Assembly: GCA_002269645.1 (NCBI GenBank)
Contig: NIVC01001242.1
Coordinates: 124,001-188,000 of the forward strand
Source of the DNA: Macrostomum lignano
Lineage: Eukaryota
Reading direction: 5' to 3'
DNA: 64,000 nt
Part shown: positions 11,480 to 24,079 of the stretch, one piece after another
How positions within the stretch are numbered: the first letter of the stretch is position 1
Layout: every line of letters begins with the position of its first letter
Notes under the pieces: generated by a model
What the model saw: the letters and a program-made list of their open reading frames with translations, nothing else
What the model was told of the DNA's origin: nothing
Databases searched by the model: none
Position numbers and translations under genes: made by a program

Positions 11480-14400
11480 TCACAAGTGGGTACTTTCAAG
11501 TGGCTGACAATTATGAGATGCGACATCGCCAGGTATGCCAGTTTCATCAGGTACCTAATTATGGTGTGTCATTTTAATTGGGGTATTTGAAATGTATGGC
11601 TTGTTGTATAGATAGCTGGCTTCTGTGAAATGGTGGCTGGGTTTTGTGAGATGGCTGCTGGCTTTTGTGAGATGGTGGCTGGCTTCTGTGAGATGGTGGC
11701 TGGGTTTTGTGAGATGGCTGCTGGCTTTTGTGAGATGGTGGCTGGGTTCTGTGAGATGGTGGCTGGGTTTTGCAAGATGGTGGCTGGCTTCTGTGAGATG
11801 GTGGCTGGGTTTTGTGAGATGGTGGCTGGCTTCTGTGAGATGGTGGCTGGGTTTTGCAAGATGGTGGCTGGCTTCTGTGAGATGGTGGCTGGGTTTTGTG
11901 AGATGGTGGCTGACTTTTGTGAGATGGTGGCTGACTTTTGTGAGATGGTGGCTGGGTTTTGTGAGATGGTGGCTGACTTTTGTGAGATGGTGGCTGACTT
12001 TTGTGAGATGGTGGCTGGGTTTTGTGAGATGGTGGCTGGGTTTTGTGAGATGGTGGCTGGGTTTTGTGAGATGGTGGCTGGGTTTTGTGAAATGGTGGCT
12101 GGGTTTTGTGAGATGATGGATGGGGCTGTGAGATGGTGTATGGGTTCTGTGACAAGATGCCTGGGTTCTAGGCTTCCTTGAATAAATGAATAAATAGTAT
12201 ATTTATCCTAATAATATAAATGAGATGTTACATTGAAATGTAGAGATTATTACCTGTTCTAATGATTGACCCTCGGGAAGACCGACGCCCTCATCTCTGG
12301 CAGTGGAAGGCAGGGCTCGACCAGTATTGGCTCTCTATAGCGCAACAAAAAATGCTAATTTGTGAAAAAAACATTCTTTAGGTTTTTTACGTTAACATGG
12401 TTAGTACAGAATTTTATTTCTTATTTATTTCCTTCGATCAAATCGGTCAATCGAGCTTTAAATTTGTGGTTTACGTGGTCTAAATAACTTGATCGTTAGA
12501 GTTAATCAGTTTAAACATAATTTTAAATGTTTTTTTGAAATTGTACATACCAGTTTGCCTACACAATTACACCTTTTCACGTTCAATCCTGAACAAAGTC
12601 CAGTTCCAAAAAAACTAGCGGAAATTCAATTCAGACAATTCAGACTGGGGACAATTTTGTCTATGGCTAAACCTCGCTTCCGTAGCAGAATGTTTTGAAC
12701 TGGGGTTTGTTGCCCCAGTCTGAATTGTCCGAATTGAATTTCCGCTAGTTTTTTTAGAACTGGACTTTGTTCAAAATTGAACGTGAAAAGGTGTAGTAAA
12801 TTTGAGATAATACACTAGAGCTTGAAATATTGTAGAAAGATAAATAAAAATTCCGTACCTGTCAAAGATGCTCGAGTCAAAGGACTATGGGTACATTTTA
12901 ATAAAAAAAGACTTGTTCATTGAGAATTTATAACACATAGTCGCACTTACTAAGCAAACGTAGCTAGCGTCCTGTCTACCATCAGTCTGCAGTGGATTTT
13001 CGTAAGTGTACATCTAAATTCGAAGAATTGATATACCATGTTAGTTATTTACTGCAACCACACATCGTGTGAAGTTATTACACAACTAAAGAAACTTACC
13101 GCGCTAGACTCTCTTTGATCAGGGGCAAGGTAGCCACTGCTAGGACGCAGCTCTACATTTGCGTCTGCCTGGGACACCGGCTGGCTTCCATTGGATTCTC
13201 TGTCAGAGGCAGCGCTTTGAGAAGTTGGACGACGATTCAGCTTCTTTTTTAAACAAACTGCTAGTAAAGATGCTGGAATGAAGTCATAGATGAATGGGTA
13301 TGTTATTTGGGGCATGTTGGGGTTCTGTGGGATGATGGATGGGTTCCGTGAGATGGTGGATGGGCTCTGTGATATAATAATAATAACTGATTTCACCTGC
13401 CCTAATGGACAGATGTGCAACCGACAGCTCAGCCGCAGCTATTGCGCGGCGCATCTGAAGTATGCTTAGGGCTGTTCAGTCTGTCGACTGTGGTTGGGGG
13501 TCGCCACACACCCTCAAATACCCCAGCTAATGCTGGTACCCATTTTACAGCTGGGTACTCAGGCACATTGTCTCATGAATGTATTTTTAGTAGCCGTAAA
13601 TAGTGATTTCGAAGCGTTGAATAATGAGCGTACAGCATGGGACAATGCTTATTTTTTACGGCTACGAGCCGGGCCGAAATATTTTGAGGGCATTATCTTC
13701 TTCTTATCTTTGAAGACCTCTTTATGATATGTATGTCTTTTAGTACTAACTATGTCTATGGGCAAGCCTGCGAGCTGAAGTTGAGCTGGATTAAAAGAGA
13801 GACAGTTCGCTAAGTTAGACGCTAACGCGCGAGAAATACACACGGCGTAAAAGCCAGAGCCTTGAGCTGACTAAACTTCTAAGTTGCTTTACTTAGTGAC
13901 TACGTGATTTGTGCAAAGACGTAACACTTTAGCACTCTAAACGGAGGCAAATACCTTACAAAACTTGATGCCACGCAGTCCTTTCTTCAGCTGGAGCTTG
14001 ATGAAGATTCTAAGAAATATATGGTACTCAACATGCTCAAGAGACTATATCAGTGTCGACAGTTGCATTATGGCTTGGCAAGCGGACAAGCTGTGTTCCA
14101 AATGGCAATGGACAAGATACTTCAAGGACTAAATCGTTTAATTGGCTTCATAGACGATATCATGGTGGTTTGCAAAAACTTCGAAGAGCATTTGAACAAC
14201 TTAACAACCGTGTAACAACGTTTCCGAGAACGTGGTGTAAGGCTAAAGAAATCAAAATGTAAATTTATGCTCGAATCCATAACGTTTATTGGATACAGAA
14301 TGGACAAGAATGGAATCTACCCCACTGAAGATAAGTGCAGGCCATTCGAGATGCACCTAGACCTCAGAGTATTTCGGAATTAAGAGCTTGGCTTTGTTTA

Positions 14401-17400
14401 GTCAACTAGTACGGGAAGTTGATTCAGAACCTTTCTGCATTAATGCATCCATTCTATAAACAATTGCAAAAGGATTGAAAAATACTTTGACTGGTCAAAT
14501 GATTGCGAGTCTGCTTTTGGAGAAATAAAGAAACAGCAAATGTCGAACAAAGTACTGATGTACTATGATTCGACGAAGAAGTTAAATTGGAGTGCGATGC
14601 TTCATCATATCGTCTTGGAGCAGTGATCTCACATGAAACACCGACAGGCGACAGTCTGATTGCATACGCATCAATGACTCTATCTTCTGCTGAAAAGAAC
14701 TACGCCCAAATCGATAAAAAGGCTTTGGCTATAATTTTTAGTCTAAAAAAGTTTCACGAGTATTTGTTAGGTCACTCATTAACATAAGTGACGACCACAA
14801 GCCTCTCGTACCAATATTTGATTCAAGAAGACCAATTCCGCCAGTTGCAGCCAGCCGATTGCAAAGATGAGCTATGTTTCTCGGTGCGCACTCGTAAGAC
14901 ATTGAAGTTAGAAACACTGACTGCCACTGCAATGCTAATGAGCTATCAAGACTCCCAGAAAACTTCGCCGACACGAAAGAAACTACGACGTAGCTCCAGC
15001 TTGATCCAGCAAGTCCTAATCAGTAGGCTTCCTGTACAGGCTAAGGTCATCGCAGAGGAAACTTTGAAGGATCCAGTACTCAAAAAAGTATTGACTCGAT
15101 CTAGACAAGAATGACAGGATTCTTCAAAACAACGCTGAGCGTCTCAGCTGACGCTGAGTTGAAGCCGCACACGAAAAAGACACGAGTTTGGTATAAAATC
15201 TGAGGTGATCCTGCTGGGAATGCGAGTAGTAATACTATATGCTCTACAGCACTTGGTTCTTGAAGAACTTCATGAGGGTCACCCGGGTATGGTCCTCACA
15301 AAATCAAGGGCCAGAATGTACTGCTGGTGGCCCCAGATAGACAAGGATATAGAAGCAGCGTGAGCCACTGCCGGAGGTGTCAATTGCATCGTTCAAATCC
15401 ACCTAAAGCACCCCTAAGCCCATTCTCGTGGCCTACTACTCTTTGGACGAGAATTTATGTAGACTTTGTGGAACCATTCAAGTCCTGGATGTTTTTGGGT
15501 GACGTTGATGCTACTAGTAAGTTCCCTGCACTCATTCACATGAAGAAAGCAACATCTAAGAATAAGATTGGGTCATTGAGAGAAATCTTTGTCCGATTTG
15601 GTTTGCTCAAGACCCAAGATCAAAGAAATTGTCCGAAAATATGGTAAAACAAATAAAAAATGCATTGAAAGCATCAGGCAAAGGTGACATGCGAAAACAA
15701 CTTTCAAATTTCTTATTCCGAGCCAAAAACAACACCTCACAGCACAACTGGAAAGACTCCAGCTGAACTTCTTTTTGGTAGAAATCTAGGAAAAAACTGC
15801 CATTTCTCTTTCCGGGCGCGGAATCGAAAGTTCTGTGTGTCCAGAACAAGAAAAATAGTATTATGATGACGCAAAAATAACTGCGTCTGTGGAATTTTCT
15901 TTCGGAGAGCGAGTCCAGATAAAATATTTACGACGAGGAAAAGCCAGATGGACTATATGGACTATACTGAGACGTACAGCCCATTAACACATACTCTGTT
16001 AGAGTCGGTGATCTACTTTGGAAGCGACATGCGAATTAGCTTCTGAAGACTAGACAACGACTACAAGCGACCATTGAACCAAAGCTGGAATGGAATGATT
16101 TCAAAGTAACTATTTCTTCAGAAACAGAGCAGGATGCTTCACATGCTACAGAAAAGTCAAATGCAAGCAGTGGTCAGTCTCCGAAGGAAATTGGATTGAA
16201 CCAACAACTTGGACGTGGTTACAATCTAAGGAATAGAGGATTGCTAAAGATGCCTGTACGATACCAGGCAGGAAAGGGAGAGGTGTAGTATCTATGGAAA
16301 TACTTATGCGTTGACTTGCTAAGTCAAGCTCGCTAGTAAAAAATTACACACACACACACACACACACGCACACCCCACTCCTTATTTTGTTACGGCTACA
16401 ACCAGGCCAAAATATACTGAGGGCATAATCTTCTTCTCTGTCAACCGATACCTCGCGTCTTTGCGTTCCTTACTTCAACTGTTCTGATTTAGGTCGAGGA
16501 TCGAACCTCGACCTTCCTGTCGTGAGTCCGACGCTCTAATCACTAGGCTACAACCCCCATATGAGTGCTGTGAGACGATGGATCGGGTCTTTGAAATAAT
16601 AGATGGGATCTGTGACATGGTGAATGATGTGATAATGATGATGAATTTTTATAGCATTTGTATCTTTTTACAAGTCTTAGGGTTAATACATGCTGTTACA
16701 GCTCACAGGAACTCCTCACCAATAAAGATGACAACAAGGGCGGCGCTGACCGCAACAACGATGGCTGTGGGAAAATCAGCGGGCGACGCTTCCTTGATGG
16801 AACACTCTTTGCCAAGAAACCCAGCAGGGCAGTCGCATTTGAAGTCGTTCCAAAGAGCCACACATTGGCCACCATTCAAGCAGACATTGGAACTTCCTTC
16901 GCTAGTTTTCTGGCAAACCGCGTCGCCATGACAACCAGGCAGGATTGACGACGCAGCCATCCAATTGAATCCCGAGTAGCCGCTTGGCAGGGAGCGATTA
17001 ACGAGTGGCACCAAGTAACCGTTGAGTCGCAAGTTGTCAAGGCAACCTTTAAATCCGGGGCCCCCAGCTGTAACCGTAGCAGAAGAATCCAGGATCAAAC
17101 CAGCTGGAATCGGCGTTGTGTCTGCCAACACCCGGAAATCGCTGGCATTGATTGACACACCAGCGGTCAAAAAGGTGCCCTCAGCACAACTAATACTAAA
17201 GTTAAATGGTAAACCAGTTGCTATGGAAACCGCCACCAATACTGTCCGGTCGTCAAGAGAGACTTTAAAGTGTCCGGACTCGCAACCAACTGACAACTGA
17301 TGACTGCCGCTGAGCACGGTCAGTAGATGGCAGTCTGACTGGCGAGTGCGGCCCCAGCCGGTAACCGCAGTCAGAGTTTCGTTGAGACCAGTCACCGATA

Positions 17401-20400
17401 ATGCAATCTGGCTGCTTGATGGCGATATCAGAGAGCTGCTGAATGTTGCAGCTGTGCGGCCTGAGTTTCAGAGGAAATTTAGCCACATGTCAAAATAGAA
17501 ATACAAGAGAGTGCTACTAACAGTAGTCTGTAACTTACACTCGAATCCGCCAGAGTCCAATTTAACGCACTCCGTTCCGTTAGGGCAGTATTGGTCAGCA
17601 AAATAGCAATGGTCTTTCATTGTACAATTGGGTCCGAGCCATCCCTCAGTGCAGTTGCACCTGTGAAAAGTTAGTTACACGGCAAGAAGATTATGATTCG
17701 TTGGCACGCACCTGGTCGATCTGAGAGAAACAGCTGCCCATGACTCACGTACTCACGTCGATCTCTCGGCTGCAGGTTAGGCCCTCGTAGCCAGGCAGGC
17801 AGTGGCAGGTGAATGAGGCCAGGCCGTCCGTGCAGCTCGACGCGTGAGCGCACACGCTGCGGTTGGTTGTCGGATCCAGACAGTCGTTCGGGTTGATTTC
17901 GCACGTGTCACCGTTGGTACCTGTTGTAGTTAAGTAGAAAAACAGATTGGAATCTATGCAGTCTTTGCGTACAAGATCTTCTCACCATTTTTGCAGAGGC
18001 AGACGAAACCGGCAGCCAGCGCGTAGCTGAAGCTGCCGTTGAACGGCGCTGGCATCGTCGGGTTTCCATACAGAGCCTGGTTGCTGCGCTCCAGACAGGC
18101 GCCACCGAACTGGCACGGATTCGGCGAGCAGTCCGGAATGTCATCGGAGCAGGTCTTTCCTGAGTAGCCGCTGAAGCAGCTGCAGCTGAAGTCTCTGAGC
18201 CCGTCAGTGCAGGTGGCGTTGTGGCTGCACGGGTTGCTGGCGCAGCCGTCAATGCGGCTCTGGCAGTTCGGTCCGTTGAAGTCGGTTGCAGAGCAGTCGC
18301 AAGTGAACCTGCATTTATTAGAATAATTTTATTTGATTACCTTCAAAAAACTACCAGATAACTACATTTGGAACTAAAATAAATGCTTGTATTCAGATGA
18401 GCCATCAATAATGGAAAAGTACCGTATGTACGCATTTTTTCGCTTTTTTGCACGTCCTGATTTGCCACTTTTCTGAGAAAGAAAAGCTTTTAGAATGTCA
18501 ATCAGAAGCCAGGAATACTCTCAGAATATCTTAGAACGTATTTTCAAGCAACAGATGCTTCAGTTTTACATGTTTTTTTAATTTACAGATTTTTAATCAG
18601 CAATCAGATTAGCAGGAGTGCTACAGGCGCTGACAAGTGGCAAAAAAGTTTCTTATTTTTCGACTTTAAAGTTTTCACTTTAAAGTTTGTACTCCCAAAT
18701 GGGCCGCTTCTCAATTAACAGGTAAAAAGTACCTGTTAACAGGCACTTTGCCAGAGTGTCTTGCGTCGTTCGAACAGGCATCCATCCGATAGGCTAAAAT
18801 TTGACACCACATTCGAAAAAATTCGCCCTGAAATAAAAAAATTTCCTTAACGACATCTGAAATCAAAAAATTTCCTTAACAACATCTGAATTTTGGGCGA
18901 GCCCCCGGCCTCTTTTTCCGCGATTTCCGGGCCTCTGCTCTGCACGGGCAGCGCCAAATTCTTAGTAACTCCAGGAAAACAAATTTCCATCTGTTTGACA
19001 CGTCGCGTTAAAGTCTCAACACTGTAGCATGAAAAACTTCCTAAAGTTCTGGGACTAAGTTTTTAACTACGTTATCAGGCACTTTTTGATACCTGGGCAA
19101 GTTATTAATGGCCCAATCAGCCAGGTCTCAGTTTTTCCGAATAGAAGACATCCATTTGAGTGATTTGGTGTAGAAAACATCAAAAATATAGTTTTCCATC
19201 TCGATGAGATGGGCCTCTCAAAAGCGCACTAAAAATGTGTACTTTTAAAGTGCAGACACGAGCGTAGGCAGCCATGTGAAAAGTACATTTTAGACCAAAA
19301 AACTATAGCGCATCAAACAGCCCCAGGTGTTGTTGACGCAAGGCAGCAGCTCAAAAGCCGCGCTGTTGCGCGTCCTTTTCGCTGCGGTAAGTCAAAGTTG
19401 AAAAAATGCCTAATTTTCGACCTCAAAAAACACGTTCTTTGTATTTTCAGCTTGAAAGTTAAAGTGCAATAAAAATCAATTTCGGATCGTTGTAGCGTTC
19501 AAATAGCCGCGTCTACTGAGCCCGCTCGCTAAGCGCTACCATATTCTCAATCCTTATTTTTTTAGATCAAAGTTTTTCAAAGTGTCGAAAAAAACGCGGT
19601 TTTCGGTTGCCATTGCAAACAAAACGCGCCGCCATGGCAACCAAACACTGCGGTCTTTGACACATTTTAGCGAAAACTGTTTGTAAATTGGTCAAGCCAT
19701 TCAAAATTGGCAGCGTTTAAAAGTTAAAAAACGTCATTTTTAGTGTCACATCTGTTGCGAATCTCATCACGGACGATATCGCATCAGAAAAATACCATAG
19801 AAAAAATACGAGCTCCATCGTCCCACAACTAGTTTTCCTATTTCTCTACATGGCGCCATAATTACACGACAGCTGCAGATAATTGGTTTGTTCATCGAGT
19901 TTGGTCTTCGAGTGCATCATCTAGGCTTTCATTGACTCGACATATTCGATTGTATTAGCTCTCCTTAACTATCAAACTATAATGCTCTTTTTTGTCCGAA
20001 ATAATTGAAAAATGATTTCTGGGTGGTGTCCTCAATTAAGTTTACGAAATTAACTTATTAACATATGGCTATCCTGATGTCCGAAAGTGTTAAAGCATTA
20101 CACTCTTTTAAAGACTCCAGTTACGAAATGCAGTGAAATCAATAAAAAATTCAATTTTGAGACTTTGCGAATATCAAAACGCATCTTAAGCCTCCCAATT
20201 TCAAAGAACTCACGTGGAGTTTCCGTCGCTGCAGATGCCGCCGTTCTGACAGGGCCCTGACAGGCAGTAGTCAGTGTCCACTGAGCAGCTCCTGCCTTCC
20301 CAGCCTGTGAAGCAGCTGCAGCTGTAGTTTTTCACCAGGTCCGTGCACAGGCCGTTGGTGCAGGGCTTGCTGGCGCAGTCATCAATGTTGTTTTGACACC

Positions 20401-23341
20401 TGTCACCTGTGAATCCCGTGTCTGTGCAGGCACAGGTGAATCTGAAAAACAAGCAGAAAATTCGGATCTCTGGCAATAGAAATGCTTAGAATATTTCTAG
20501 CGGTGATTTCTGGTGACAAATTTTATTACAGACGACTCTTAAAAAACTCGGATTAGGTTTTATAGCTTTTAACTCGTACTTAGACTGCATTTTAGTTACA
20601 GTAGCCACTACCGAAACAAACTTATGGATAGAAACAGGAATGCAATCAGCTCGTAACTTTACTAAAAAACTAGGATTTTTTGTGTACGATGTTTTGTCAG
20701 ACATCGCTGCGTCTGGGAATAAATCCCATTCTGCCTCTCCGGTGTTGAGAATGCGGAGCACTTTATCTGTGAAAGCCCCGCCTCCACGCAGGAAGGCTCT
20801 TCTACCTTAGCCCACATCCGGGTCTTTTCGATGTTTTCAGGCCCGAGATTTTCTGCCAGCTCGTCCGCTACCTGAAAGCTACCAGGCTAGAGTCTATCCA
20901 CCTCCTGGAATTCTCCAGAGAGGGACCGCGGTGCGGTCAGCGGCACCACCGGATCTCCCTGTTCGAAACCGCAGCAATAACTGCCCGTGGTGGCCAGGGC
21001 CAGGGCCTAGAGCCCCCTGCAGATGATTCAAGTCAATAAGGAGAACTCACGTGCCGTTGCCATCAATGCACCTGCCGCCATTGAGGCAGGCGTCTGTTGG
21101 ACAGTCATTGTGGTTGATGCTGCAGTTCCTGCCCTCCCAGCCTGTGAAGCAGCTGCAGTTGTAGTCAGTCGCCAAGTCTGAGCACAGGCCGTTGGCGCAG
21201 GGCTTGCTGGCGCAGTCATCAATGTTGATCTCGCAGTTGGTGCCTGTGTTAAAAAACTGGAAATGTCAAAACTAACAAAGAAGTCAAGCTTTCTTGCTCG
21301 CTCTGCTACCCATGATATTTAGCATACATTTCAGGCATCAGTGAAACCTAAAAATAAGGGAACCTTAGTGCGGAAGCGCTAAAGCATGCGCATTATGCAT
21401 ATGAGCGTAGACTAAGGCAGAGAGATGCGACTGAGAGTTTACGAAGCCTCTTGGCGTTTATTAGATCGATACGCAGGTTAAATACGATACAACGATTGTT
21501 ACATAACTGGATATAAAAGATAGAGACAGGGGTGGGTGAAAAGCACGTACATGCTGTACAATAGCAACCCCCAACCTCGCCCTAGCGACTGGCGCATAAA
21601 AGTACACTTGCAACTCACTACATGAGTACTCGTACCAGAGCCTTGTCTCAAGCGTCAAAGTCACTAGCAACCCCCAACCTCGCCCTAGCGACTGGCGCAT
21701 AAAAGTACACTTGCAACTCACTACATGAGTACTAGAGCTTGTCTCAAGCGTCAAAGTCACTCAAAGCAGCCACCGTATTGATCACAGTAATTATAATTGA
21801 GGTGGCTACACTATTGGCTACCTTAAGGGGCGCCAATATTTAATTCGATTTCGAGTACAATCTGAGTACAACTCGCGCACACAACCGTCCTAAAATGAAG
21901 TCGAAACTTAAAACTTTCTGAATGGTGACAGAGCGAGCATCATATCGGGTCCTGGCCAGGAGCAGAGTTCTACCAAGGCTTGTGCGATGAACGGAAAGAG
22001 CAATCCGATAGTGGGTTGGCGCCTCGGAAACTGAGGTGGGCGCCCCTGTCTGTGAGGTGGATGCCCCTGTCTGTGAGGTGGGCGCCCCTGTCTGTGAGGT
22101 GGATGCCCCTGTCTGTGATGTGGGTGCCCCTGTCTCTGAGGTGGGTGCCCCTGTCACTGAGGTGGGCGCCCCTGTCTGTGAGGTGGATGCCCCTGTCACT
22201 GAGGTGGGTGCCCCTGTCTCTGAGGTGGGTGCCCCTGTCTCTGAGGTGGATGCCCCTGTCTGTTAGGTGGCCTAGCCATGCATGAAACTCCAAGGACGGT
22301 AGAAAACTTATCCAAGATGTGGCAAAATTTAGGCTCTTGTCTTTCAACAAGATTGTTTAACGCTTTCATTCAGTTTTTAAGGTAAGAAGTTGGGGTGGGG
22401 TGCAAATATTTTGGCCTGTTGTTGGGTGGGGGGAAGCTACCCTCCCCTTATTAGCCCTCTCAGTGAATGTCATTGACTATTTGTAGTAAGCTATTAGTTT
22501 GCCTAAAATCTTATTCGGCTGTGAATTTAGCTAAAATTTTAAAGGAGCAAAACATAAAATCTGTATTTGATATTATTTCTTCTATTTCTTCAAATAGATT
22601 TTTACTACCCGTTTCAATTTCAACTGGCTTTGCCCCACCTGATCACCCACCTGTGTAGCCAGGAACGCAGCTGCAGTGATACCAGGGGCTCGCGTCTGTA
22701 TTGCTGCAGGTGCCTCCGTTTTGGCAGGGACTGCTTGAATTGGTGCTGCTATCCGAAGTTGAAGAACAGTAGTTTATTAAATGAGTAGTGCAATAAGGAC
22801 CAGTGTACGGCTCAAGACACAGACACGGAGTGTCTGACGTCACAGGACCCGGCCAGCAAACCCCGCCATTCTTGCAGTCGCCCTCGCTGCAGGCGGCTCG
22901 CCTCGTCCGAACCAACGTGTTGGCGTCCTTGTCAAACTCTACAAAAAATTTTTGTGTTGTTATAAAGTACATATGCGGGTCCTTCTCATGGGCTCTCGGG
23001 GTATTAAAATTGGGATAAAAAGTCAATTATGTCAATTGGATGAGGTCAACCTAAAGTTTTTTTCTTCAAATGAGCAACTTGGATGATGAGATGTCTCAGC
23101 GGCTGTAGTTGTCGATCGCAGTCTGGAGTTTCACCTCGGGTTTATTTCGGTACTTTAATTGGCATTCGTATTATAAAAAAGCAAGCTTTACCGAAGAAAA
23201 CATTAGCAAGCGTAAAAATCACGTCAACTCACCAGCTGACTGTAAATCCTTTGAAACGGACTTGGAAGAGACCAGAGATGCCAGGTTTAACATCAAGATT
23301 ATTTCCAAAGTCAGTAGCAGCTGTGCTTTGCATGAAAACAT
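11480..23341 (-). CDS. Gene D: Crumbs-like type I membrane protein (SP, furin site, 11 EGF plus a half EGF, 1 LamG, TM, tail ending STHL), about 834 aa
   Basis: 11 exons: 23341-23233, 22938-22651, 21243-21051, 20441-20214, 18308-17986, 17920-17749, 17660-17539, 17460-16720, 13272-13100, 12334-12254, 11554-11480. All are GT-AG and phase-consistent (2505 nt). It contains the Crumbs-type long-loop EGF (CLERSNQALYG...FSYALAAGFVCLC) and the LamG C-terminal motif FKGCLDNLRLNG. Confidence 0.8.
11612..12135. repeat. 21-bp minisatellite TGTGAGATGGTGGCTGGGTTT in the last intron of gene D
   Basis: About 24 units seen directly. Confidence 0.95.
12570..12793. mobile_element. MITE with ~85-bp terminal inverted repeats and TA target duplication (Tc1/mariner-like)
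   Basis: CACCTTTTCACGTTCAAT...CAGACTGGGG on the left is a near-perfect inverse of the right end. TA lies at 12568-69 and 12794-95. It is not seen in the paralogous intron of gene E. Confidence 0.85.
13374..13575 (-). mobile_element. 3' part of a tRNA/CORE SINE, split by the gypsy insertion
   Basis: Matches the SINE copies at 54331-54640 and 58800-59112 (GATGTGCAACCGACAGCTCAGCCGCAGCTATTGCGCGGCG, CCCCAGCTAATGCTGG). Confidence 0.85.
13735..16350 (+). mobile_element. Decayed Ty3/gypsy LTR retrotransposon (RT-RNaseH-integrase; gag and protease missing) inside a gene D intron
   Basis: RT fragment KLDATQSFLQLELDEDSK...FIDDIMV; RNase H CDASSYRLGAVISH...YAQIDKKALA; integrase HHCC (LHEGHPG...CRRC, IYVDF). 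Several stops and frameshifts. A polypurine tract at 16267-16283 is followed by TG at 16284. The putative LTRs are only weakly similar, so their limits are approximate. Confidence 0.85.
16480..16558 (-). mobile_element. 5' tRNA-like head of the same split SINE
   Basis: The reverse complement GGGGTTGTAGCCTAGTGATTAGAGCGTCGGACTCACGAC...GGTTCGATCC carries A/B-box-like motifs and matches the heads of the other copies. Confidence 0.8.
20715..21035 (+). mobile_element. 3' fragment of a related non-LTR retrotransposon in gene D intron 3
   Basis: PFCLSGVENAEHFICESPA (degenerate CCHC), frameshifted LVRYLKATRL, and an AAGTCAA tail like that at 52230-52250. Confidence 0.6.
21563..21762. repeat. Tandem duplication of a ~100-bp unit
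   Basis: AGCAACCCCCAACCTCGCCCTAGCGACTGGCGC...GCGTCAAAGTCACT occurs twice, head to tail. Confidence 0.9.
22032..22268. repeat. 21-bp minisatellite in gene D intron 2 (family of 3612-4080)
   Basis: Unit CTGTCTGTGAGGTGG(G/A)(C/T)GCCC. Confidence 0.95.
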
Positions 23342-24079
23342 TGCGAATCAACGGTTATGTTTGATTGTGGTTTCTATTGAACCTGCAATCAGTCTTGATC
23401 GACTTGGAGAAATGTTCTCGAGGCATAAAGTATTAGTGCGATTTTTTATTTAGGATGCAACAAAGACCCAAGCCTCTAATTTCGAAGTTTTGAACTGATT
23501 AGAAAACATGAAGAACTAAAAACAGTGACGGCTTTAAAAAATTAAAACTGTCGCATTTACTAACTAATAATTATTTATTTATCGTGCAAATTACGAGCCA
23601 CTAAAGACGTACGCTCCATTTAAAATAAAATCTACAAAATACATGTAATTGAATTTGTTTTAATGCTTGGATAAATTGTATCGACGCTAAAACAGACGCT
23701 TAATATGATTTACCGATCATGTCATCATAAGTAGGTCTTTACTGATTACTGCCAAAACACAGCGCACTGCTGGCTAACACTGTATTTTAGAAAGTCAGGG
23801 GGTCTAGAGTAACATTGTGCAATAAACAAACTAATCAGATTACACGTGAGTATTGCGTTCAGTGACTCGTGACATGCAATAGAATAAATTTCACTTGTTT
23901 GTTTTACTCTGAGCGTTTAAAACTACAGAAAGTAACAGCAGTGAAGTAATCGCAACCAGCTGGTAAGAAATGCAAAAAAATAACAAACAAAAATACATTT
24001 AACAGATAATACATGTAGAGTAAATTGCTAATTTATAAGTAATGTATGAAGACAGTGTTTTTGAAAATTGCGCAAAGTC

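Noticed and set aside
11569-12181. Overlapping repeat ORFs here and at 3549-4107, 21840-22350, 24221-24490, 25489-26010, 55613-55961, 60442-61267, 62478-63114 and 63452-63868
   Set aside because: All are minisatellite or microsatellite translations, several inside introns of the modelled genes.
14021-15866. Active retrotransposon or domesticated pol gene
   Set aside because: Multiple stops and frameshifts, gag and protease absent, and the LTRs are highly diverged.
16578-17300. + strand ORFs over the LamG exons (also 25980-26582, 27219-27584, 28299-28811)
   Set aside because: Antisense shadows of the well-supported minus-strand exons.
23001-23140. 140-bp insertion in gene D intron 1 flanked by CTCGGG
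   Set aside because: It is absent from gene B and might have a 6-bp TSD, but there are no terminal repeats, tail or second copy in the window, so it is not called as an element.
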